From an uncultured Gemmatimonadales bacterium (GTDB taxonomy: Bacteria > Gemmatimonadota > Gemmatimonadetes > Gemmatimonadales > GWC2-71-9), in contig CAWGSK010000002.1 of assembly GCA_963825055.1 (NCBI GenBank), positions 128,001 through 192,000 on the forward strand: a DNA stretch of 64,000 bases, given 5' to 3'. The position numbers were made by a program, and so were the translations under genes. Position 1 is the stretch's first letter. Every line of letters starts with the position of its first letter. The notes beneath the pieces were generated by a model. That model was not told the origin of the DNA, did no database searches, and worked only from the letters and a program-made list of their open reading frames with translations. Below are positions 42,203 to 54,035 of this stretch, piece after piece.

Positions 42203-44443
42203 ATGGAGGTTTCAGCCCGCACCCGGGCGGAGCGCGCCGCCCAGGGCCGCCCAGCCCCCGCCGACCCCCCCACGGGGGTCTTTCCCGCTCTGGCCCAGTC
42301 CGCCCCCGACTTTCAGGCGGTTCTGGAGCGGAACGCGGACCGTCTCGATCTCGACCTGATCGAGAAGGCCTGGCGTTTCAGTGCGTCCGCCCATCGGGGG
42401 CAGAAGCGGCTGTCCGGTGAGGACTTCATCTGGCACAGCGTGTCGGTCGCGATGATCCTCATCGACCAGTTGCTCGATTCCACCTCCGTCGCCGCGGCGC
42501 TCCTGCACGACGTCGTGGAGGACTCCGACGTCCGGACCGAGGACCTCGCCCGGGAGTTCGGGCCCGAGGTCGCGGGCATCGTGGACGGGCTCACCAAGAT
42601 TTCCCACCTGACCTTCCGGAGTACCGCGGAGCAGCAGGTGGAGAACTATCGCAAGCTGCTGCTGTCGGTCGCCAAGGATGCGCGGGTCATCATCATCAAG
42701 CTGGCTGACCGCCTCCACAACATGCGGACCCTCGAGCACCTGGCTCCGGAGAAGCGGAACCGCATCGCCACCGAGACGCGGGAGATCTACGCGCCGCTTG
42801 CCCATCGCTTCGGCATGGCCGAGGTCAAGGCCGAGCTGGAAGACCTGGCGTTCAAGTTCCTGGAGACGGACGAGTACGAGTCGCTGGTGCGTCAGGTGGC
42901 CGCCAAGCGCACGGTACGGGAGCAGATGATCCAGAAGCTCCGGGCGCCGCTCGAGGCCGAGCTGGGCCGGGCCGGGATCGATGTCTTCGAGGTGACCGGG
43001 CGACCCAAGCACCTCTGGTCCATCTTCCAGAAGATGCGGAAGCGGGGCAAGCCGTTCGATGAGATCTATGATCTGATGGCTGTCCGGGTGCTGGTGCGGA
43101 ATGTCCCCGAGTGCTACCACGTGCTGGGCATCATCCACCACACCTGGACCCCGATCCAGGAACGGATCAAGGACTACATCGCGAGCCCGAAATCCAACGG
43201 TTACCAGTCGCTCCACACCACCATATTCGGCCCCGGCGGCCAGCTGTTCGAGGTCCAGATCCGCACGTGGGACATGCACCGCACGGCCGAGCACGGCATC
43301 GCGGCCCACTGGGTCTACAAGCAGGATGGCGAGCACGATGAACTGGACCAGCAGTTCGGCTGGTTCCGCCAGCTGCTGGAGCTTCAGCAGGACACGCGGA
43401 GTCCCGAGGAATTCCTCGAGTTCCTGAAGATCGACCTGTACCAGGACGAGATCTTCGTCTTCACCCCGCAGGGCGACGTGAAGCGGCTCCCCAAGGGCGC
43501 CACACCGATCGACTTCGCCTTCCTCGTGCACACCGAGGTCGGCCTCCGCTGCCAGGGGGCCAAGATCAACGGCCGGATCGCGCCGCTCCACCGTGAGCTC
43601 AGGAACGGCGACACCATCGAGATCCTCACCGGGCCCTCCGCCCGCCCCAGCCGGGACTGGCTGTCGCACGTGCATACCGCGCGGGCGCGCCACAAGATCA
43701 AGCAGTGGGTCCGGCAGGAAGAGGAGGAGATGAGCGTCGCGCTGGGCCGGGAAATCCTGGCGCGCGAGGTCCGTCGCCGCCGACTCGACCCCCCCACGGA
43801 GGGCCGGATCCGGGAGGCCGCAGGCGGCCTCGGCCTCACGAACGACCACGGCCTCGAGGTCGCGCTCGGCCGGGGGGACGTGGCCATCGGGCAGGTCATC
43901 CGGCTGCTCTACCCCGACCTCAACCCGGAGCACCTGAAGGAGCCCAAGCCCACCGCCTTCGGACGGGTGATCGACCGGTTCCGGCTGGGCCGCGGCATCA
44001 AGATCCACGGCGTGGACGGCCTCATGGTCCGGTACGCCCAGTGCTGCCAGCCCGTGCCGGGAGACAGCGTAGTGGGCTACGTCACGCAGGGCCGCGGCAT
44101 CTCGATTCACAAGGCCGACTGTCCCAACCTTCTCACCCTGCCGGCCACCGACCGCCGGGTGGAGATTGACTGGCAGGAGGTCCAGGGCGAGGCCTTCGCC
44201 GTCTGCCTGGCGGTCAACGGTGAGGACCGCCGCGGGCTCTACGCAGACATCATGCAGGCCATCAGCCAGACCGGCACCAACATCAAGGGCGCGGACATCC
44301 AGAGCCGCGACAGCTCGATGTTCGGCTCGATCTTTGTGGAGGTCGACAACCTCCCCCACCTGGCGAAGGTGATGAAGGCCATCCGGAAGGTGAAGGGCGT
44401 GGCGGAGGTGGAGCGGCGGGAGCCGGGGGGGAAGGGGGAGTAG
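42203..44443 (+). CDS. relA: Bifunctional (p)ppGpp synthetase/hydrolase (long RSH)
   Basis: HD motif LLHDVVED, KLADRLHNMRTL, PKSNGYQSLHT, EVQIRT, TGS, CC and ACT domains. Confidence 0.96.
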   Translation: MEVSARTRAERAAQGRPAPADPPTGVFPALAQSAPDFQAVLERNADRLDLDLIEKAWRFSASAHRGQKRLSGEDFIWHSVSVAMILIDQLLDSTSVAAALLHDVVEDSDVRTEDLAREFGPEVAGIVDGLTKISHLTFRSTAEQQVENYRKLLLSVAKDARVIIIKLADRLHNMRTLEHLAPEKRNRIATETREIYAPLAHRFGMAEVKAELEDLAFKFLETDEYESLVRQVAAKRTVREQMIQKLRAPLEAELGRAGIDVFEVTGRPKHLWSIFQKMRKRGKPFDEIYDLMAVRVLVRNVPECYHVLGIIHHTWTPIQERIKDYIASPKSNGYQSLHTTIFGPGGQLFEVQIRTWDMHRTAEHGIAAHWVYKQDGEHDELDQQFGWFRQLLELQQDTRSPEEFLEFLKIDLYQDEIFVFTPQGDVKRLPKGATPIDFAFLVHTEVGLRCQGAKINGRIAPLHRELRNGDTIEILTGPSARPSRDWLSHVHTARARHKIKQWVRQEEEEMSVALGREILAREVRRRRLDPPTEGRIREAAGGLGLTNDHGLEVALGRGDVAIGQVIRLLYPDLNPEHLKEPKPTAFGRVIDRFRLGRGIKIHGVDGLMVRYAQCCQPVPGDSVVGYVTQGRGISIHKADCPNLLTLPATDRRVEIDWQEVQGEAFAVCLAVNGEDRRGLYADIMQAISQTGTNIKGADIQSRDSSMFGSIFVEVDNLPHLAKVMKAIRKVKGVAEVERREPGGKGE

Positions 44444-44450
44444 GGCCGCG

Positions 44451-44479
44451 GAGTCGTTGAGTGGTTGAGTCGTGGACTC
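44451..44479. repeat. Left 8-mer array (GTTGAGTG/GTTGAGTC) flanking the four-helix-bundle gene
   Basis: GAGTC GTTGAGTG GTTGAGTC GTGGACTC. Confidence 0.85.
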
Positions 44480-44483
44480 GCGC

Positions 44484-44873
44484 TCATCGGCCGCCTCGCT
44501 GCAGGCTATGGCGAAGTGAAACGATCATCCTGCCGACGTTCTCCGATATGCCCAGCAGATCCCTCACGTGATCCTTGTCCAGGTAGCCCAGCCTGCCGGC
44601 TATCATCAGATGCGTTTCAAGCTCAGCTCGACTTCCGTTCGCTATCGCGAGATACCGCCGAAAGTCTGCCCTGCTGCAGCGGGATTGCCCTTCCGCGATG
44701 TTGGCGGGGATGCTGTAGGCCGAACGTCGGAGCTGGTCCCCGAGCGCCCACCGTTCTATCGCTGGGAGTTGCCCGCTCGCCTGGGAAATCCTGACCGCGA
44801 GGTCCAGCGCGATTCTCCACACCCGAAGGGTCCGATAACTGTCCTGTCCTCACTGGGATCGGGCATCGGCCAT
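44484..44873 (-). CDS. Four-helix-bundle protein (23S rRNA IVP/Avd-like, TIGR02436 type), in-frame TGA at codon 8
   Basis: SYRTLRVWRIA...LPAIERWALGDQLRRSAYSIPANIAEG...FRRYLAIANGSRAELETHL...LGYL. The uninterrupted frame runs only from GTG 44822. Confidence 0.9.
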
Positions 44874-44954
44874 GATAAGGTGTCACGGCCGGCTGGCGAG
44901 CATCCTTCGGATGCGGATCCATTCCCAATTCCCCGCTCCCTTGCCCGGAGTAAC

Positions 44955-44987
44955 GATTGAACCACTCAACCACCCAACCACTCAACG
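44955..44987. repeat. Right 8-mer array (CACTCAAC), inverted relative to 44451-44479
   Basis: GATTGAAC CACTCAAC CACCCAAC CACTCAAC. Confidence 0.88.
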
Positions 44988-45017
44988 CCCCGGCCCCACC
45001 TCGCTAGATTAGAGTAC

Positions 45018-45421
45018 ATGGCTACCTGGATCCTCAAAACCGAACCCTCCACCTACTCCTTCGACGACCTGAGGCGGGACAAGCGGACCCCGTGGGACGG
45101 GATCCGTAACGCACTCGCGCTCAAGCACCTCCGTGCCATGAAGGTGGGGGACGAAGCCCTCATCTATCACTCCGGCAGCGGCAAGGAGATCGTCGGCCTC
45201 GCCCGGATCGTGAGCGAGCCGTATCCCGACCCGCTGCGCGATGACCCCAAGCTGGTGGTGGTGGATATCGAGGCGGTCAAGGAGGCGTCCGAGCGTGTGC
45301 CGCTCTCCACCATCAAGGCGGACCCGCTGTTCAAGGACCTCGCCCTCGTCCGGATGTCGCGCCTCTCGGTGGTGCCGGTGCCTGCCCCCCAGTGGAAGCG
45401 ACTGAAGCAGCTCGCCGGACT

Positions 45422-45425
<4 letters not shown>
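45018..45425 (+). CDS. EVE-domain protein
   Basis: [31 protein letters not shown]. Confidence 0.93.
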
Positions 45426-47454
<2,029 letters not shown>

Positions 47455-47458
<4 letters not shown>

Positions 47459-47862
47459 GGGAACTCACCGAGGCCGATCTCCGGGCCGAGGGGGAGCGGC
47501 TCGGCCGGGACCTGCCGTCGGGGGCTGTGGTCACCATCAGCGGGGAACTCGGGGCGGGGAAGACCACGTTCGTCCAGGCCCTGGTCCGCGGCCTTGGCGT
47601 CACCGGCCAGGCGACGAGCCCGACCTACGCCCTCGTCCACCGCTACGAGGGGCGCCGGGGCCCCGTCTTCCACCTCGACTGTTATCGCCTGTCCTCGCCG
47701 GCGGAAGCCTCCGATCTCGGATGGGACGACATGCTGCGCGAGGGGGACGCCATGCTGGTCGAGTGGCCGGAGCGCGCCGGTGCCTGGGTCCCGGAGCCGA
47801 CCCGACGGGTGTACCTCCACCACCTGCCCGATCCCGATCTCCGCGGGCTGGAGATCGCATGA
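47455..47862 (+). CDS. tsaE: tRNA threonylcarbamoyladenosine biosynthesis ATPase TsaE
   Basis: [26 protein letters not shown]. Confidence 0.95.
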
Positions 47863-48581
47863 TGCTCCTGGCCCTGGAGACGAGTGGCGCGGAGGCATCG
47901 GTGGCGGTGGGCGAACCGGGCTCGGTTATCGTCGAGGAACGCATTCCCGGGGCCCGGAAGCACGCCTCCGGCCTGTTCCCGGCGGCCCGGCGGGTCCTCG
48001 CCGCCGCGGGGGTGGACCTCGAGGATATTGATGGCCTGCTGGTGGCGGACGGGCCGGGCAGTTTTACCGGCCTCCGCATCGCCGCGGCCGCGGCCAAGGC
48101 CCTCGTCCATGGCCGGGATATCCCCCTCCGGACCGCCAGCGCCCTGCTGGTGACGGCGGTGGCCGCGGGCCATGACGAGCGGCGCCCCATCCTCGCCGCC
48201 ACCGACGCGCTGCGAGGCGAGTACTATTTCGCTGTCTACCGGTTCGACGATGACTCGGTCCACGTGGTGCATCCGCCGTCCGTCGGGCCGGAAGCAGCGG
48301 CGGTCGCCGCCCTGCCGGCGGGAGGGCTGGTGGTCGCGGCCCTGCCGGATGCGGCGCTGGGAAGCCTCGCCCGGGCGACGGGCGCGCCCCTGCTCGGACC
48401 GCCGGCGTCCCTCCCGGGTGCGGCCGCGCTGCTGGACCTCGGCCGGTGGTCGAACGGGCATACGATCGTGCACGATCCGGCCGGGTGGGAACCCGTCTAC
48501 GGCCGGGCAGCCGAGGCACAGGTACGGTGGGAGGCGGCACATGGGCGAGCCCTGCCGGATCCGAGCGGCCAGCTCCGCTGA
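47859..48581 (+). CDS. tsaB: tRNA threonylcarbamoyladenosine biosynthesis protein TsaB
   Basis: LLALETS, GPGSFTGLRI, DALRGEYY. Confidence 0.93.
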   Translation: MMLLALETSGAEASVAVGEPGSVIVEERIPGARKHASGLFPAARRVLAAAGVDLEDIDGLLVADGPGSFTGLRIAAAAAKALVHGRDIPLRTASALLVTAVAAGHDERRPILAATDALRGEYYFAVYRFDDDSVHVVHPPSVGPEAAAVAALPAGGLVVAALPDAALGSLARATGAPLLGPPASLPGAAALLDLGRWSNGHTIVHDPAGWEPVYGRAAEAQVRWEAAHGRALPDPSGQLR

Positions 48582-49005
48582 CGTTGCGGCGATGGCCGCC
48601 ATCGAACGCCAGTGCTTCAGCGACCCCTGGTCGGCCCGGTCATTCCGGGAGATGCTGGACGCTGACGACACCTTCGGGCTCATCATGGAGACACCCGCCG
48701 CGGGGGTCATCGGGTACCTGCTGGCGCGCAGCGTGACGGACGAGGCCGAGATCCTGAACCTCGCGATACGGCCCGATCACCGCCGCCGGGGCCTGGCGCG
48801 CCGCCTCCTCTCCCGGGGCCTGGACGAGATCCGCGCCCGGGGCGGTCTCTCGGTCTTTCTCGAGGTGCGGACCAGCAACGAGGCGGGCAGGGAACTCTAC
48901 GGCGCGGCGGGCTTCACGCCTGTCGGCCGGCGGCGGGCCTACTACCAGCGGCCCGTGGAGGACGCCATCGTCCTCCGCCGGGCCCTGAGCCGGAGCGCGA
49001 AATAG
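48541..49005 (+). CDS. rimI: Ribosomal protein S18-alanine N-acetyltransferase
   Basis: [33 protein letters not shown]...EDA. Confidence 0.92.
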   Translation: MGEPCRIRAASSADVAAMAAIERQCFSDPWSARSFREMLDADDTFGLIMETPAAGVIGYLLARSVTDEAEILNLAIRPDHRRRGLARRLLSRGLDEIRARGGLSVFLEVRTSNEAGRELYGAAGFTPVGRRRAYYQRPVEDAIVLRRALSRSAK

Positions 49006-49105
49006 CGCCGGTGCATCTATCTTTGGGTACAACAGCTGTCGTCCCGGGGCGTATGTTGCCGGGGCCAGCGAGTCTCGAGCCCCCGAACGTCTGCAGGAGG
49101 TCAGC

Positions 49106-49579
49106 GTGAGTCGAAGTCTCAACAAGGTCATCCTGATCGGAAACCTCGGTGCCGATCCGGAAGTCCGCAGCACCGCCAACGGCGGTCGTGTCGCGACCCT
49201 GTCGCTCGCCACGAGCCGGCAGTGGAAGGGTCAGGGCGGTGAGCGCCAGGAAAAGACCGAATGGCACCGCGTCGTGCTGTGGAACAGCAACTACAGCAAG
49301 CTCGCGGACGTCGCCGAGCAGTACTGCAAGAAGGGCGACAAGATCTACATCGAAGGCAGCATCGAGTACCGCACCTGGCAGGACCGTGAGGGCCAGACCC
49401 GGTACACCACGGAAATCCGTGGTCGGGAGATGATCATGCTCTCCGGCCGTTCGGGCGGTGGCGATGACAGCTACTCGTCGTCGAAGGTTGGCGCGGCGGC
49501 GTCCTCGTCCAAGCCGAACGAATCTTTCGAGGACTTCCCCGAGGCCCTTGATGCCGAGGACGACGACCTGCCGTTCTGA
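49106..49579 (+). CDS. ssb: Single-stranded DNA-binding protein
   Basis: [24 protein letters not shown]-terminal DDDLPF. Confidence 0.97.
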   Translation: MSRSLNKVILIGNLGADPEVRSTANGGRVATLSLATSRQWKGQGGERQEKTEWHRVVLWNSNYSKLADVAEQYCKKGDKIYIEGSIEYRTWQDREGQTRYTTEIRGREMIMLSGRSGGGDDSYSSSKVGAAASSSKPNESFEDFPEALDAEDDDLPF

Positions 49580-49599
49580 GCTGCCGTCCCCGCAGCGCC

Positions 49600-49641
49600 G
49601 AAGGCCGGCGACCCCCTCCAGGGTCGCCGGCTTTCGTCTTT
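49600..49641 (+). terminator. Intrinsic terminator after ssb
   Basis: GAAGGCCGGCGACCC-loop-GGGTCGCCGGCTTTC followed by GTCTTT. Confidence 0.8.
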
Positions 49642-49836
49642 CTGGCCCTCGCGGCAAGCCCCTTGCCTTCTCTTCGGGCGGATGCCGGTGTATTTGGGGC
49701 CTCTCTGGACAACGAAATACTTGAGGTCGACGCCGTATGGCGTTGATTTGCATCGGGTTATATATTGTCGCCAGCCGGGCCCTCCGGCTGGCACGCGGTT
49801 CCCCGACCCACCCAGCCTTGCTTGGGGGATATCTCA

Positions 49837-51072
49837 ATGCTCCGTACTGTGTTGCGGAAAACGATAGTCAGGGCCCCTGCCGGGGCCGGTGCCGCCCTGC
49901 TTGCGGTCGTCCTGCTGGCCGGCGCTGCCGCCACGGTGGCGGCACAGCAGACCCACACGGTCAAGAAGGGCGATACTCTCTGGGACATCGCGGGCCTGTA
50001 CCTGCATGACCCGCTGCTCTGGCCCGAGATCTACCGGAAGAACACCGACGTCGTGGAGGATCCGCACTGGATCTACCCTGGCGAGGTGCTCCGGATCGAG
50101 GGTGGCCCGGAAGTGGCCGCCGTCCCGGCCCAGGATACACCCGCCCCGGCGGTCGTGGCCGAGCCCGCGGCAGGCGATACCATGCAGGTGGCCGTGGAGC
50201 AGCAGGGTGAGCCCGCCGTGGTCGTGATCGCGCCTGAGGGGGATTCGGCCCGGATCAACATGGAGCCCGTGCCGCCCGAGTACGATCCCCGTAACGCCGA
50301 CATGACTGCCCTGTTCGCCGATACCCGGCTGTCGCAGAACCTCGATGCCGTGATCCGCGCCTACACGGACCAGCCCTATCACCCGCTGCGGCGCGGCGAG
50401 TTCTACAGCTCTGGCTTCCTGACCGAAGACCGTGCCCTGCCGTACGGCAAGTTTCTCGGCCCGGTGATCCCTTCACAGATCGCGAGCAGCCGGAACCGCG
50501 GCACCGTCACCATCTTCACCGAAGTGGCCGTGACCCCGCCCGAGGGCGCGCAGTACCAGGTCGGCGACACGCTCCTCGTGTTCCGCCGGGACCGCCACAT
50601 CGATGATCATGGGGACGTGATCGTCCCGACCGGGATGGTCCGCATCACCAGCACCTCGCAGCCACAGAACACAGCCCTGGTGATTGCCGCCTATGGCCCG
50701 ATGCATCAGGGGCAGCAGGTCATCCCGGCCGAATCCTTCCATGATGCCGGGAACGTGCGCCCGGTCCCGGTGGCCGACGGTGTGATGGCTTCCGTGATCG
50801 CCAGCCGTGATCCACAGGAACTGAAGGGTCCGCAGAACGTGATCTTCCTGGACCGCGGCCGGGCCGATGGCGTTGCCCCTGGCGACCTCTTCGAACTGGT
50901 GAGCGACCCACGCGACCACGGCACCGGCGAAGTGCTGCTTCCGCAGCCGATGGGCCTCGTGCAGGTGGTCCGCACCGGCGAGCACACCGCCACCGCGCGG
51001 ATCCTCACGGTCAGCCAGCCGGACGTCCGGTCGGACACCCCGGCCCGGCAGGTTGCGCGCCTCCCCAACTGA
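49837..51072 (+). CDS. Exported LysM peptidoglycan-binding protein
   Basis: Signal peptide, then HTVKKGDTLWDIA...WPEIY...DPHWIYPG. Confidence 0.9.
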   Translation: MLRTVLRKTIVRAPAGAGAALLAVVLLAGAAATVAAQQTHTVKKGDTLWDIAGLYLHDPLLWPEIYRKNTDVVEDPHWIYPGEVLRIEGGPEVAAVPAQDTPAPAVVAEPAAGDTMQVAVEQQGEPAVVVIAPEGDSARINMEPVPPEYDPRNADMTALFADTRLSQNLDAVIRAYTDQPYHPLRRGEFYSSGFLTEDRALPYGKFLGPVIPSQIASSRNRGTVTIFTEVAVTPPEGAQYQVGDTLLVFRRDRHIDDHGDVIVPTGMVRITSTSQPQNTALVIAAYGPMHQGQQVIPAESFHDAGNVRPVPVADGVMASVIASRDPQELKGPQNVIFLDRGRADGVAPGDLFELVSDPRDHGTGEVLLPQPMGLVQVVRTGEHTATARILTVSQPDVRSDTPARQVARLPN

Positions 51073-51093
51073 CCGGCGCTGCGGCAGCGGTCA

Positions 51094-51131
51094 CACCAGG
51101 GCGGGCCCCACCGGGCCCGCCCTCGGTGTTT
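51094..51131 (+). terminator. Hairpin/terminator after the LysM gene
   Basis: AGGGCGGGCCC-CACC-GGGCCCGCCCT, then GGTGTTT. Confidence 0.65.
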
Positions 51132-51219
51132 GTCCGTCTGTCCCGCGGGTTCACTCCGCCCGGAGCGCCCGTTATCCTTCTCCCCCGAGTTTCCTGATTT
51201 TCCTCAGCCGAGAGGGGCC

Positions 51220-52169
<950 letters not shown>

Positions 52170-52170
<1 letters not shown>

Positions 52171-52874
52171 TGCTGCAGATAGGGGGAGCCGTCCCCAACT
52201 CGGCGTTCGACCTCGTCCTCCGGTCCAGCCCGGAGACCAAGGTCGTCCTGGCCATCACCGTCGTCTTCTCCCTCGTCTCCTGGTTCATCATCGGGCTCAA
52301 GTGGTGGCAGTTCCGCCGGATCGCCCGGCAGGCCGACCGCTTCTTCGGCGAGCTCGAGCGGACGACCCGACTGGATGATGCCTACCGCGCTGTGATGAAG
52401 CTGCCGCCTTCGCCCTACAACCGGATCTTCCGGGAGGGCATCAGTTTCCTGACCGACCTGCGCCAGTCCGCGCCGGAAGGGACTTCCACCCCCGAGTCGC
52501 TCACCAGCACGCAGCTCGAGGCCTTCAAGATGGTGCTCGCCAAGGACGTGGCCGCGGAGCGGGACGGCATGGCCCACTACATCCCGTGGCTGGCCACCGT
52601 CGGATCGGTGAGTCCGCTGCTCGGCCTGCTCGGTACGGTGCTGGGCGTGATGGACGCCTTCCTCGGCATCGCCTCCGGGGGCAGCGGGAACATTGCCGCC
52701 GTCGCCCCGGGCGTCGCCGAGGCGCTCGTGACGACCGTGGCCGGCCTCGCCGCGGCGATCCCGGCCGTGATTGCCTACAACGTGTTCGTCAACCGGCTCG
52801 GCGTGTTCGCCGCCGAGCTCGAAGGATTCGCGAACGAGATGGTCGGCACCATGGCGCGCGAGAGGATGCTCTAG
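52170..52874 (+). CDS. tolQ: MotA/TolQ/ExbB proton channel protein
   Basis: SPLLGLLGTVLGVM, VAPGVAEALVTTVAGL. First gene of the tol-pal cluster. Confidence 0.9.
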
Positions 52875-52875
52875 G

Positions 52876-53307
52876 ATGGCGGACCTCCTCGGCCGGGCCT
52901 CGCGCGAGCGGGCAGGACTCCCGTTCAACGCGGACATCAATGTCACCAGCCTGGTCGACGTCGCCTTCGTGCTGCTCATCATCTTCATGATCACCGCGCC
53001 CATCATGCAGGGCGGGGTGGACGTGCAGCTGCCCAAGGCCGAGGCCCGTCCCCTCTCCGCGAAGGAAGGGCTCGTGGTCACGGTCGACCGGAGCGGCCGG
53101 GTTTTCGTGGACGAGACCCCGCTCAGCTACAACGATTTCCGCGCGACGTTCGCGTCGATCGTCTCGACCCGCAAGCCCAACGGCGTGTACCTGCGCGCCG
53201 ACAGCCGGGTCCCGTACGGCACCGTGGTGCAGGTGCTGGCCGTGATCCGCACCGCCGGGGTCACCGACGTCGGCCTCGTGGCCGAGGAGGAGGAGGCCCG
53301 ACCGTGA
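52876..53307 (+). CDS. tolR: ExbD/TolR protein
   Basis: INVTSLVDVAFVLLIIFMITAP, LRADSRVPYG. Confidence 0.9.
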   Translation: MADLLGRASRERAGLPFNADINVTSLVDVAFVLLIIFMITAPIMQGGVDVQLPKAEARPLSAKEGLVVTVDRSGRVFVDETPLSYNDFRATFASIVSTRKPNGVYLRADSRVPYGTVVQVLAVIRTAGVTDVGLVAEEEEARP

Positions 53308-54035
53308 GGCGCCGTGCGGCGGCGCCGGGGGAGCGCGCCGGTCGAACCGCCGGGCTGGTCGGATCGGCGCTGGTGCACGGCGCCGCCATCCTCTTCTTCA
53401 TTGTGGGGGTCCGGCCACCCGCGCCGAGCCCCCCGGTCTACGCCGTCGAGCTGATCGCCGCCCCCCGCCCCACGCCACAGCAGCGCCGGGCGCCGGAGGT
53501 GGTCGATCGGCCGGACGTCCAGCAGGCGCCGCCCACACCCACGCCGGTACCGGCCAAACCCACCCCGGTGGTGCCAACCCAGAAGCCGGCGCCCGAGAAG
53601 CCGGTGGCGAAGCCGTCACCGGCGAAGACGCCCGAGCGAACCGAGCCGGTCCCCCGCGCGCAGCAGAAGCCGGTGGAACCGCTTCCCGACGAGACGCCCG
53701 GTACCGGGTCCGATATCGCGAATGTGCGCACGCCGGGGCTCGAGTTCCCGTTCCCCGATTATCTTCGGAACATCGTGGCCCAGGTGCTGCGGCGTTGGGA
53801 CCGGCCCACCGGCCCTACGGCGCTCAGGGCCGAAGTCAGTTTCATGATCATGCGGGATGGCACCGTGCGCGACATCCGTTTCGTGACACCATCCGGAAAC
53901 TTCTCGTTTGACCTCGCCGCCCAGGGTGCGATCGAAGCCGCCGGGAATGCCCGGGCCTTCGGCGGCCTTCCCGAGGGCTATCAGGCGGATATCCTCCCCG
54001 TGAGCTTCTTCTTCTCGCCACGGGCTCCGCAGTGA
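53304..54035 (+). CDS. tolA: TolA/TonB-family energy transducer
   Basis: TM segment with SALVH (SxxxH), Pro-rich linker, C-terminal SGNFSFDLAA domain. Confidence 0.8.
   Translation: MRRRAAAPGERAGRTAGLVGSALVHGAAILFFIVGVRPPAPSPPVYAVELIAAPRPTPQQRRAPEVVDRPDVQQAPPTPTPVPAKPTPVVPTQKPAPEKPVAKPSPAKTPERTEPVPRAQQKPVEPLPDETPGTGSDIANVRTPGLEFPFPDYLRNIVAQVLRRWDRPTGPTALRAEVSFMIMRDGTVRDIRFVTPSGNFSFDLAAQGAIEAAGNARAFGGLPEGYQADILPVSFFFSPRAPQ

Noticed and set aside
44850..44852. Selenocysteine codon in the four-helix-bundle gene
   Set aside because: The position is in a variable N-terminal tail rather than a Cys-equivalent site, and I could not identify a convincing SECIS.
44484..44873. 23S rRNA intervening sequence
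   Set aside because: The flanks are relA and EVE coding genes, and no rRNA sequence is present.
44484..44987. Diversity-generating retroelement, suggested by the Avd-like fold
   Set aside because: No reverse transcriptase and no TR/VR repeat pair differing at adenines was seen in the window.
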